DNA from: a virus
Lineage: Duplodnaviria > Caudoviricetes
DNA: 25,098 nucleotides
IMG/VR virus record: IMGVR_UViG_3300049917_000088
Coordinates: 1 to 25,098 of that record
Strand: one strand, 5' to 3'
Of this stretch, positions 1-7,659 are shown one piece after another; position 1 is the stretch's first letter, and each line of letters begins with the position of its first letter. Below the pieces are notes generated by a model. It was not told where the DNA came from and made no database searches. It saw nothing but the letters and a program-made list of their open reading frames with translations. The translations under genes were made by a program, and so were the position numbers.

Positions 1-303
1 CCGACAATTCGACCGGTTCTGGACCTCACACAGGTTAAGAAGACGGCTGGAGAATTGGGCGGCATATTCCCGACTTCTCCGATTTCGGTCGATGGTTCCT
101 ACAACAAAGCTCGATTGGTCTCGGCTCAGGTCAGAAACAATCAAGAGGCTACGGACGAGGATCCGACGGACCCAACCCAACCTCGTGGTGGCGTGTCGTT
201 CACTCAGAACAACTACTCGCCTAAGGCTCTGTCTTCGGCGGATATTTACCGACAGACGAAGAACCAACTATCCGTTGCGAAGGGAGCTCTGGCGAATTCA
301 TGA
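1..303 (+). CDS. Tape measure protein, C-terminal fragment (5' truncated by window)
   Basis: Frame open from base 1 (PTIRPVLDLTQVKK...FTQNNYSPKALSSADIYRQTKNQL); lies directly before a Dit-like gene with ATGA overlap. Confidence 0.8.
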   Translation, partial: PTIRPVLDLTQVKKTAGELGGIFPTSPISVDGSYNKARLVSAQVRNNQEATDEDPTDPTQPRGGVSFTQNNYSPKALSSADIYRQTKNQLSVAKGALANS

Positions 304-1124
304 TCACCAAGGTTGAAGTTCGAAACGCTCAGGGTGATCTGATGACGTTGACACTCGAAGAAACCTCAACCGGTGTCGTTGTTCAATCCATCGAAGGATT
401 GGACCCGGTAAAGGCAACTCTGGTGTCATCCAGCTTCGCGCAGTTGGATGGGTCTCAGTACCAGTCCAGTCGCCGAGAGTCCCGAAATTTGAAATTCCAG
501 CTGGGACTCGAGCCAGACTATGTCGACATCTTTGACGTTAGGACTTTGAGGAATCAGTTGTATGGATTCTTCATGCCGAAAACGCCGGTGGATCTGCGAT
601 TCTTCCTTCCGGGAGGATTGGATGTCGATATTTCGGGGAGAGTGGAATCATTCGAAACCGCTATCTTCAGCAGAGAACCTGCCGTGGATGTCTCGATCTT
701 GTGTTTTGATCCGGACTTCTACGACGCAACACCAGTCGTTGTCGCAGGCAATACAACATCGACAACGACAGAGACGACAATCACGTACGACGGGACCGTT
801 GAGACTGGAATCATATTCACTCTCAACGTAAACCGAACTCTGGATGAGTTCACGATCTACCACACCCCGCCGGACGATCAACTCAGGATGTTGGACTTTG
901 CGGCCCCCCTTGTATCCGGAGATGTGTTGACCATCAGCACTGTTCCCGGATCCAAGGGGGCAACCCTGACTCACCTGGGTAGCAACAGCTCGATTCTATA
1001 CGGTGTCTCGCCGCAGTCCAAGTGGATTGAGCTCATGCCCGGAGATAACAAGATCCGGGTCTACGCGACAGGAGCCGCGGTCCCCTACACAATCGAGTAC
1101 ACAGACAAGTACGGGGGACTGTAA
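300..1124 (+). CDS. Distal tail (Dit-like) protein
   Basis: 274 aa, follows TMP, beta-rich, siphophage tail-like C-terminus (LMPGDNKIRV). Confidence 0.75.
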   Translation: MITKVEVRNAQGDLMTLTLEETSTGVVVQSIEGLDPVKATLVSSSFAQLDGSQYQSSRRESRNLKFQLGLEPDYVDIFDVRTLRNQLYGFFMPKTPVDLRFFLPGGLDVDISGRVESFETAIFSREPAVDVSILCFDPDFYDATPVVVAGNTTSTTTETTITYDGTVETGIIFTLNVNRTLDEFTIYHTPPDDQLRMLDFAAPLVSGDVLTISTVPGSKGATLTHLGSNSSILYGVSPQSKWIELMPGDNKIRVYATGAAVPYTIEYTDKYGGL

Positions 1125-2287
1125 TGGAGGTGTACACCCTCGATAGTCTGTACCGACGAGATCGAGTCATAGATAGATTCCAGTCGCTTATTTGGACTGA
1201 GCGATATGGAGCTTCGGGCGACTTTGAGTTGGTGATCACCTCTACTCTCGAGAGTCGTACACTTCTACGAGCAGGGGTTCGTTTGGCTCTCAACGAGTCA
1301 TATCGGGTCATGATCGTGGAAACCGTCGAAGATGCTAACGACTCAGAAGGTCGAAGCATTCTGACGGTGAAAGGACGATCTCTCGAAGCAATTCTTGAAG
1401 ATCGAGTCGCGATGGCTTCCTTGACCGATCTAACAACCTCTCCAAAATGGGTGATCACGGATACGCCTACCGAGGTGGCCAGGAAGATCTTCCACGATAT
1501 TTGTGTCACGGGAATACTCGACACCCAAGACATTATACCATTCGTGGTCGAAGACACGATCATGCCAACGGACACGATCCCCGAACCGGCAGACCCGATT
1601 ACTGTCGAGTTGGATCCTCAAACGGTGTATAACGCCATAAGGGATCTTTCGGCTATTTGGGTCTTCGGATTCAGATTGCTTCGAAATTTCGATTCGTCGC
1701 AGCTATATTTCGACGTGTACATGGGTAGTGACAGGACAACGTCGCAGACGATTCTGCCCGCCGTTGTCTTCACTCCAGAGCTCGATAACCTTCAGAACAC
1801 CACCGAGCTGACAACCATCGACAAGGCCAAGAACGTAGCCTACGTCTTCTCTCCAGCTGGTGTCCTGATGGTTTATGCTCCGAATGTCGATCCAGACATA
1901 GAGGGCTTCGAACGACGCATCTTGAACGTCATCGCGTCGGACATCACCGTGGACAATCCGGACATCCCAGCAGCTCTTCTGCAAAGAGGTCTCGAAGAGC
2001 TTGCCAAAAACAGAACCTTCCAAGCCTTTGATGGTGAGATCAACCCGAATAGTACCTATAAGTATCAGACCCACTACTACCTCGGCGATATTGTCGAGGT
2101 TCGCAATCGGGATGGTCTCACCAACAAGATGCGAATTGTCGAGCAGATCTTCGTTTCTGACGGAGAGGGCGAGCGCTCCTACCCAACTCTGGCTCTGAAC
2201 CAATTCGTTACCACAGGCTCCTGGCTGTCCATGAGGACCGAAGTTTGGGATGACTTCACCACCGAGTACTGGGCAGACATGCCCTGA
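1124..2287 (+). CDS. Minor tail / baseplate hub protein (ReqiPepy6 Gp37-like)
   Basis: 387 aa; FQSLIWTERYGASGDFEL N-terminus and YYLGDIVEV motif typical of this family; position after Dit. Confidence 0.8.
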   Translation: MEVYTLDSLYRRDRVIDRFQSLIWTERYGASGDFELVITSTLESRTLLRAGVRLALNESYRVMIVETVEDANDSEGRSILTVKGRSLEAILEDRVAMASLTDLTTSPKWVITDTPTEVARKIFHDICVTGILDTQDIIPFVVEDTIMPTDTIPEPADPITVELDPQTVYNAIRDLSAIWVFGFRLLRNFDSSQLYFDVYMGSDRTTSQTILPAVVFTPELDNLQNTTELTTIDKAKNVAYVFSPAGVLMVYAPNVDPDIEGFERRILNVIASDITVDNPDIPAALLQRGLEELAKNRTFQAFDGEINPNSTYKYQTHYYLGDIVEVRNRDGLTNKMRIVEQIFVSDGEGERSYPTLALNQFVTTGSWLSMRTEVWDDFTTEYWADMP

Positions 2288-2308
2288 TATTTAGGAAGGA
2301 GAAACATC

Positions 2309-2548
2309 ATGGCTGTAGGTGATGATGCAACAGCAGCTGGATTCCCTCTCGTTCCGGATACGGGCAGCGATGAGGCTCGAGTCCATTGGGGCGCGCGCGA
2401 AATCAACAGGACTCGCGATATCGCCGCGCAAGTGAAGGCACTGGTCCCGACAGGTAAGGCTGGCTACAGGACTGCGGGCGGTATCACATCCGGAACGGCG
2501 CTTCCTTCGGGCGGTAACGATGGAGACATCTACTTCCAGGTGATCTAG
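2309..2548 (+). CDS. Small minor tail protein
   Basis: RBS AGGAGA; ends in PSGGNDGDIYFQ, a tail-fibre-type motif. Confidence 0.6.
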   Translation: MAVGDDATAAGFPLVPDTGSDEARVHWGAREINRTRDIAAQVKALVPTGKAGYRTAGGITSGTALPSGGNDGDIYFQVI

Positions 2549-2556
2549 GAGATTCA

Positions 2557-3546
2557 GTGGTCGACTACAACAAGGATACCGGCAGTTCCGGAACCATGCG
2601 GATCCGAGATACCGGGTCTGTAGTCGAGTTCTGGATCAACTCTGGGAATGGAACAACTTTCGTTCACGAACTCCCCTGGCGCTATGTCGTCAATGGGGTT
2701 GCGAGTGGATGGCAGGAGTTCGACTACAGCGCGGGTGCTGGTTGGGAGAAGCTCGATTCGTGGACTGTCTCTACCTCTCAGACAGTCACGTTCAAAATCG
2801 GAGATACCGGAACTAGCGGTTTCGGTGGGCCGACGACGTTCACGAAGTTCATCGAGCGCGCTAAGCCTCCCAACCCACCCAGCGTTGTCACCATATCCAA
2901 CGTAACAGGGACTTCAGTTCTTGGAACGTTTACGGACGGCGACAGCAATGGTGCCCCAATCGAGACTCGACAAATCGGTTACGGCACAAACTCCAGTGCG
3001 CCACAACACCTGATCACGTCAGACAAATCGACAACCATCGGTGGACTGGCGAACGGAACGCTGTATTACTTCTGGGCCCGGTGTTGGAACGAAAAGGGTT
3101 GGAGTGCTTGGGGGCCTCGCTCTTCCAAGACAACTTTGCGTGTCCCTGACCGTCCGGATCCAGTCACAGTAACTGCCATAGGTACTACCAGTGCCCACAT
3201 CAATTTCACGGGCAACGGTAATGGCGGTTCGACCGTCCTTGAATGGGACATGTACTACAACACCGTCAACAACACAGTCGGCGCAACAACGGTCAACTGG
3301 GTTTCTGGCGGTGTCACGATTACCGGACTCGCTCCGGGTACTACCTACTACTTCTGGGCCAGAGGTAGGAACGTAGTTGGGTGGAGCCCATATTCTGCGG
3401 TAACCACTGCTAAAACGTTTGCAGGATCCTACGTCAAAGTGGGGGCTGTCTGGAAACCAGCTATTCCGTGGGTCAAAGTTGATGGCGTCTGGCGGGTCGC
3501 TCGTCCTTGGGGTCGCGTTGCGGGAGTCTGGAGACAAACGCTTTAA
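2557..3546 (+). CDS. Tail protein with two fibronectin type III domains (candidate receptor-binding protein)
   Basis: Two repeats (GLANGTLYYFWAR...GWS / GLAPGTTYYFWAR...GWS); C-terminal triple VxGVW-like repeat. Confidence 0.8.
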   Translation: MVDYNKDTGSSGTMRIRDTGSVVEFWINSGNGTTFVHELPWRYVVNGVASGWQEFDYSAGAGWEKLDSWTVSTSQTVTFKIGDTGTSGFGGPTTFTKFIERAKPPNPPSVVTISNVTGTSVLGTFTDGDSNGAPIETRQIGYGTNSSAPQHLITSDKSTTIGGLANGTLYYFWARCWNEKGWSAWGPRSSKTTLRVPDRPDPVTVTAIGTTSAHINFTGNGNGGSTVLEWDMYYNTVNNTVGATTVNWVSGGVTITGLAPGTTYYFWARGRNVVGWSPYSAVTTAKTFAGSYVKVGAVWKPAIPWVKVDGVWRVARPWGRVAGVWRQTL

Positions 3547-3567
3547 GGTCCCTAAGAGAGGAAAATA

Positions 3568-3939
3568 ATGGAACCGTGGGTCGTGGCTGCATTGGCCTCT
3601 ATCACTTCGTTGGCCGCGTCTTCTGGATTCTGGGCATATTTGCAGAGTCGAGACAAGACGAAAACGGCGGTTGCGCGTTTGTTGATGGGACTTGCCTACG
3701 ACAAGATCATGCATCTCGGCGTGTCGTACATCGAGCGAGGATGGATCTCGAAAGACGAGTACGAAGACTTCCGAAAGTACTTGTACGAACCATACAAGGA
3801 TTTCGGCGGTAACGGCGTCGCTGAGAGAATCATGCTCGAGGTGAGTCAACTGAAGATCAGATCCGCTTCGAGATATTCGGAGATCGATCAGAAAACTCTA
3901 ACGACCGTGAGGGAGACGAATCAACATGAGCACCACTAA
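3568..3939 (+). CDS. Membrane protein, lysis-module / holin-like
   Basis: N-terminal TM segment, YEPYKDFGGNG motif, adjacent to holin. Confidence 0.6.
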   Translation: MEPWVVAALASITSLAASSGFWAYLQSRDKTKTAVARLLMGLAYDKIMHLGVSYIERGWISKDEYEDFRKYLYEPYKDFGGNGVAERIMLEVSQLKIRSASRYSEIDQKTLTTVRETNQHEHH

Positions 3940-4276
3940 GCCTCCGCTTCTGACAAGCCGGCTGTACGACATCCTGAAGCCGATGACGTCGATCGTCCTT
4001 CCCGGTGTCGCGACGTTCTACTTCGCTCTCGCGCAGATCTGGGGACTCCCCAATGCCGAGAAGGTCGTCGGGACGATCGCTGCCTTGACGACGCTCCTGG
4101 GGGTTCTCTTGGGCGCCTCGTCGAAGTCGTACAACAACAGCGAAGCGCGATACGGCGGAACCATCGACGTGGCCCACACAGCCGAGGGAAAGAAGATATT
4201 CTCCCTCAAACTGAACACGGATCCGGACGATCTGGAGCAGATGGGACAGGTTCTCTTCCGAATCGAGAAGGAGTAA
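3926..4276 (+). CDS. Holin (Dp-1-like family)
   Basis: LYDILK...VLPGVATFYFALAQIWGLP...VVGTIAALTTLLGVLLGASSKSY, two TM segments. Confidence 0.8.
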   Translation: MSTTKPPLLTSRLYDILKPMTSIVLPGVATFYFALAQIWGLPNAEKVVGTIAALTTLLGVLLGASSKSYNNSEARYGGTIDVAHTAEGKKIFSLKLNTDPDDLEQMGQVLFRIEKE

Positions 4277-4286
4277 GTCTGTGGGG

Positions 4287-4330
4287 TCGCACGTTATACA
4301 ACGCGTATAATAGATGACCCCTATGCAAGG
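4287..4330 (+). promoter_or_regulatory. Repeated promoter motif copy 1 plus leader
   Basis: TCGCA-CGTTA-TACA-ACGCG-TATAAT then GACCCCTATGCAAGG (RBS). Confidence 0.8.
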
Positions 4331-4338
4331 AGAACACC

Positions 4339-4626
4339 ATGTTCGCCAAAAAGCAGCCCGCTAACCCGAAGCTCGACGAGGCCATCGACTCTGTACACAC
4401 CGATATGAACTCGATCACCAGTGATTCCGAGGAATACGCCGCGATGGCGGACCAGCTTGTCAAGCTGCTGAAGTTGAAGAATGAGATTGAATCCTCAGCT
4501 TCAGTCAGCGCCGACACGAAGGCCCTCATCGCCGCGAACCTCGCCGGCATCCTGTTGATCCTGAATTTCGAGCGTGCAGGAGTCGTGGCCTCGAAAGCTC
4601 TCGGATTCGTGCAGAAACTTCGGTAA
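4339..4626 (+). CDS. Small membrane-associated hypothetical protein
   Basis: 95 aa, RBS AAGGAG, hydrophobic C-terminal segment; sits between promoter and terminator. Confidence 0.8.
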   Translation: MFAKKQPANPKLDEAIDSVHTDMNSITSDSEEYAAMADQLVKLLKLKNEIESSASVSADTKALIAANLAGILLILNFERAGVVASKALGFVQKLR

Positions 4627-4657
4627 CGTGCAAATCCCCACAGACTAATCGAAAAGG

Positions 4658-4694
4658 TAGGAGGCGTGTAGAAATTACACGTCTTCTATTTTTT
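4658..4694 (+). terminator. Intrinsic terminator
   Basis: 13-bp stem TAGGAGGCGTGTA/TACACGTCTTCTA (2 G-U), loop GAAAT, T-run. Confidence 0.8.
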
Positions 4695-4697
4695 GCC

Positions 4698-4722
4698 TCG
4701 CATGAATTACAAGTACTATAAT
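4698..4722 (+). promoter_or_regulatory. Repeated promoter motif copy 2
   Basis: TCGCA-TGAAT-TACA-AGTAC-TATAAT. Confidence 0.8.
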
Positions 4723-4799
4723 AGAAGAGTTCTATGCGCCAGACGCATAGGCAGTCAAGAGTATGTACAGAGTTAATTCTCGCTTGACCTTCTATTTTT
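4720..4799 (+). ncRNA. Candidate small structured RNA 1 (three-way junction)
   Basis: AATAGAAG/CTTCTATT closing stem, CTATGCG/CGCATAG hairpin, GTCAAG/CTTGAC stem, ends in T-run; own promoter, no RBS or ORF. Confidence 0.6.
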
Positions 4800-4849
4800 C
4801 TTTGCCCAAATTACGAGGCTCAACTCGGACTCCTACGAAAGGCCTTCTA

Positions 4850-5062
4850 ATGTCGATCTTCAACAGCCGTTCCTTCAACGTCAAGATGGTCAAGGACAAG
4901 GATCTTAATGGGGGTGTGGAAACAGACACTCGCAATCCCTACGAGGGTGTGCAAGTTGCAGCGGCATATGCCGAAGTTGCCAAGGACTTGATTACCCATG
5001 CCGCATTGATCATCGGTGGCGTGTGGGCCGCTTGTAAGATCGTAGAGAGGATCTGCAAGTGA
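4850..5062 (+). CDS. Small membrane protein
   Basis: ATG at 4850 after GACTCCTACGAAAGG leader; C-terminal TM (AALIIGGVWAAC). Confidence 0.7.
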   Translation: MSIFNSRSFNVKMVKDKDLNGGVETDTRNPYEGVQVAAAYAEVAKDLITHAALIIGGVWAACKIVERICK

Positions 5063-5223
5063 TTCCCGACCCCGAATGCCAAACTTGGTGCGAATATGGC
5101 AATAAGATGGCCCCTCAAAGAAACCGTGAATGGGATGAATTTTCCCCGCAAAAGAAAGAGGAGATTCTTTTTCGTCTAAACGAGATCCTTGGCGAGGGTT
5201 GGGAAGAGAGGATCTGTAAGTGA
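5044..5223 (+). repeat. 19-bp direct repeat AGAGAGGATCTG(C/T)AAGTGA at 5044-5062 and 5205-5223
   Basis: 18/19 identity, read directly. Confidence 0.9.
5059..5223 (+). CDS. 54-aa hypothetical protein (not in ORF track)
   Basis: GTGA overlap with upstream stop, RBS GAGAGGA; MIPDPECQTWCEYG...GWEERICK. Confidence 0.6.
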   Translation: MIPDPECQTWCEYGNKMAPQRNREWDEFSPQKKEEILFRLNEILGEGWEERICK

Positions 5224-5249
5224 CAACACTCGATTGAAAATCTAGCTCC

Positions 5250-5292
5250 TCGCAGAAATTACAGGGGTTATAATGAAACCCCTACGAAAGGA
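5250..5292 (+). promoter_or_regulatory. Repeated promoter motif copy 3 plus leader
   Basis: TCGCA-GAAAT-TACA-GGGGT-TATAAT-GAAA-CCCCTACGAAAGGA. Confidence 0.85.
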
Positions 5293-5298
5293 AACATC

Positions 5299-5427
5299 AT
5301 GCTCTCCAAGATCAAGAACATCGACCCGACCACGAAGATTTTCATCCGCGTTCTGGCGACCCACGTCGTCATCGCGGTTGTCACCATCGTGGTCGCGAAG
5401 AAGCTCTCCGAGACCTCCGAAGCCTGA
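5299..5427 (+). CDS. 42-aa single-TM protein (not in ORF track)
   Basis: MLSKIKNIDPTTKIFIRVLATHVVIAVVTIVVAKKLSETSEA; RBS GAAAGGA; C/G-ending codons. Confidence 0.8.
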   Translation: MLSKIKNIDPTTKIFIRVLATHVVIAVVTIVVAKKLSETSEA

Positions 5428-5444
5428 ACCCCCAAGCAGAACTC

Positions 5445-5481
5445 AAAACTGAAGGACCCTAACCCGGTCTTTTAGTTTTTT
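5445..5481 (+). terminator. Intrinsic terminator
   Basis: 14-bp stem AAAACTGAAGGACC/GGTCTTTTAGTTTT, loop CTAACCC, T-run. Confidence 0.8.
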
Positions 5482-5497
5482 GATTGGAAGGCTATAG

Positions 5498-5938
5498 ATG
5501 CACACGTTGATGGAAATTGTAATCATCGTCAGATTCATCGCAGTCATCGCCCTAGCGTTTTCGATCATTCTGCTGAGTTTCCTGACTACCCACTACTGTT
5601 GGGAAGTATGGAGCGCCAAGAGGCTCGAGAAGAACCCGATCAAGAAGACGCGCGCGAGGGAAAAAGCCAGACATCGCCGAGAGAAAGCTCAGCAAGAGTG
5701 GGCCGACAGTCTGATCACCTCGTTCAAACCCGAAGGCGACCCCGACAGTCCATTTGAGGGACCGGCTCTACCAGAAGCTGATATTTCGCAGGAGAGCAAA
5801 GATGACAGTCCAAGACCTCGCCACGCGAGCCCAGAAGATGATCCTGGACAATTCTCCGACGATCCTGACGGCCATCGGCTTGACTGGGACCGTGATGACG
5901 GCCTACCTGACGGGGAAGGCTTCTTTCAAGGCCGCTGA
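5498..5938 (+). CDS. Membrane-anchored hypothetical protein
   Basis: N-terminal TM; C-terminal 137 nt overlap the next gene. Confidence 0.55.
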   Translation: MHTLMEIVIIVRFIAVIALAFSIILLSFLTTHYCWEVWSAKRLEKNPIKKTRAREKARHRREKAQQEWADSLITSFKPEGDPDSPFEGPALPEADISQESKDDSPRPRHASPEDDPGQFSDDPDGHRLDWDRDDGLPDGEGFFQGR

Positions 5939-6569
5939 GGTCCTAGCCGAACAGGATCTCGGGGCTCGACTGATGAATGAGACCGTCGACACTCGCGATA
6001 AAGTTCAGGCGGTGTGGAAGCTCTATATTCCCGCAGCAGGAACTCTGGTCGCAACGATCGTCTGCCTCGTCGGGGCTAATCAGATCGGTACCCGTCGGGC
6101 CGCGGCGATGGCTGCTGCTTTCTCGCTCTCCGACAAGGCCTTCGAGGAATATCGCAAGAAGGTCGTCGAGAAGATCGGCGAAAAGAAGGAACAGGGCTTC
6201 CGAGACGAACTCGCCCAGGACAGCGTCCGGGAAGATCCTGTAGTCACTCGTGAAGTCATCATTACGGGTGGCGGTGACGTATTGTGTCGTGATCAGTTCA
6301 GCGGCCGATATTTCACCAGTGACATGGAGAGCCTCAAGAGTGCCGTCAATGACGTGAACCATGAGGTTCTCAACAACTACTACGCGTCGCTGACCGATTT
6401 CTACAACAAGATCGGTCTGCCGAGAACGAGCATCTCGGATGACGTGGGTTGGAACAGCAACAAATTGCTCGAGCTCGAGTTCTCAACCGCGGTTACCGAA
6501 GACGGTCGACCGTGTCTCACTGTCGGTTTCCGTGTGGAGCCGATTCGCGATTACTACCGCCTCAACTAG
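5802..6569 (+). CDS. DUF6353-like membrane protein, paralog A
   Basis: ATG 5802 with RBS AGGAGAG; NSPTILTAIG...KLYIPAAG...YASLTDFYNKIGL...VGW. Confidence 0.75.
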   Translation: MTVQDLATRAQKMILDNSPTILTAIGLTGTVMTAYLTGKASFKAAEVLAEQDLGARLMNETVDTRDKVQAVWKLYIPAAGTLVATIVCLVGANQIGTRRAAAMAAAFSLSDKAFEEYRKKVVEKIGEKKEQGFRDELAQDSVREDPVVTREVIITGGGDVLCRDQFSGRYFTSDMESLKSAVNDVNHEVLNNYYASLTDFYNKIGLPRTSISDDVGWNSNKLLELEFSTAVTEDGRPCLTVGFRVEPIRDYYRLN

Positions 6570-6584
6570 GAAGGTTCAATAATC

Positions 6585-6764
6585 ATGGAAAACATCGAAG
6601 CAGTCGAGGTCCTCGCGGAGAAGGCCACCAGCGTCAACAAGAACGTCCTGATCGGGGTCGCCGCCGGCGCGGTCGTACTCGGCGCGGTCGCCGTGTTCGT
6701 GAAGGTCCGGAACTCGAAGAAGGGTAAGGACGAGGTCGAGTCCGTCGACGGGTTCGGGGTCTAA
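6585..6764 (+). CDS. 59-aa single-TM protein (not in ORF track)
   Basis: MENIEAVEVLAEKATSVNKNVLIGVAAGAVVLGAVAVFVKVRNSKKGK...; RBS AGGAAGG; strong codon bias. Confidence 0.8.
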   Translation: MENIEAVEVLAEKATSVNKNVLIGVAAGAVVLGAVAVFVKVRNSKKGKDEVESVDGFGV

Positions 6765-6773
6765 CCAACCCAA

Positions 6774-6937
6774 CGCCCGCATTCCGATCCTTGAAAGTGT
6801 GGTAAGACAAGAACTACAAATTTCGGCACCCGCCAGGAATCCCCACCGGGCCGGCCTCTAACGGAGAGTCGGTGACGAGATAAGGATGTCTGTTGGCGCA
6901 ATCCGGAGCCACACTTTTAAGGTTCAGAATGCGGGCG
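6774..6937 (+). ncRNA. Candidate structured RNA 2 (~165 nt, long closing stem)
   Basis: 6774-6802 pairs with 6909-6937 (29 positions, 2 mismatches, 1 G-U); internal stems AGACA/TGTCT, CACCGG/TCGGTG, CTCT/AGAG. Confidence 0.65.
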
Positions 6938-6975
6938 CAATCCTCTTCTTCGCAGAATACTCGAAAGGTACGACC

Positions 6976-7554
6976 ATGCTCAAGAAGACCATCACCTACA
7001 AGGATCTCGACGGTAATCCGATCGTCGAGGACTTCTACTTCAACCTGTCCAAGGCCGAGCTCGCCGAGATGGAGCTCAGTCAGCACGGCGGGATGGAGAA
7101 GTGGCTGACCAGCATCATCGCCTCCCAGGATGGCGGGAAGATCATCGCGGCCTTCAAGGAGATCCTGCGCAAAGCCTACGGCCGGCGATCCAACGACAAC
7201 AAGAGCTTCATCAAAACCGACCAGGCTTGGGTCGAGTTCGAGAGCAGCGACGCCTACTCGGAGCTCTTCATGGACCTGGTGACCGACGCCGAGGCCGGCG
7301 TGAACTTTATCAAGGCGGTCATGCCGTCGGATCTGGTCGGCAAGGTCCAGACGGTCGAGCTGCCAACGGAGATCCCCACGCCAAACTTGGCCGCCTGGGA
7401 ATCCCCCAAGACGTTCCTGAACACCGACATCGATCTCAACGAGACGAAAACCGTCCACACGCCGAAACTCAGCCCCGCCGAGAACTACCGAACCTCCGAG
7501 CAACTTCGAAACATGACCAGCGAGCAGCTCATCGAGTGGCGCAACAATTTGTAA
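6976..7554 (+). CDS. Conserved phage hypothetical protein
   Basis: ATG 6976 after GAAAGG; MLKKTITYKDLDGNPIVEDFYFNLSKAEL. Confidence 0.8.
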   Translation: MLKKTITYKDLDGNPIVEDFYFNLSKAELAEMELSQHGGMEKWLTSIIASQDGGKIIAAFKEILRKAYGRRSNDNKSFIKTDQAWVEFESSDAYSELFMDLVTDAEAGVNFIKAVMPSDLVGKVQTVELPTEIPTPNLAAWESPKTFLNTDIDLNETKTVHTPKLSPAENYRTSEQLRNMTSEQLIEWRNNL

Positions 7555-7567
7555 GGAGGTGTAACAC

Positions 7568-7654
7568 ATGAAGGTCGTCGGTCACCTGATCCTGACCATC
7601 ATGACCGGCGGGCTTTGGCTGCTCGTACTGGTCATCAAGAAGCTCGTGGGCTAA
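7568..7654 (+). CDS. 28-aa hydrophobic peptide (not in ORF track)
   Basis: Strong RBS AAGGAGG; MKVVGHLILTIMTGGLWLLVLVIKKLVG. Confidence 0.75.
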   Translation: MKVVGHLILTIMTGGLWLLVLVIKKLVG

Positions 7655-7659
7655 TCCGC

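Noticed and set aside
3568-4276. Holins without an adjacent endolysin
   Set aside because: The window is partial; the endolysin can lie in the unseen part of the genome
4763-4849. Longer starts given in the ORF track (4763, 5754, 6886, 7760, 15408, 15917, 17007, 18693)
   Set aside because: Downstream ATGs have clear RBSs; the extensions run through structured RNAs or other genes
6950-6968. TCGCAGAATACTCGAAAGG as another promoter copy
   Set aside because: Only the TCGCA block and an RBS are present; no TACA/TATAAT at correct spacing (at most a collapsed remnant)
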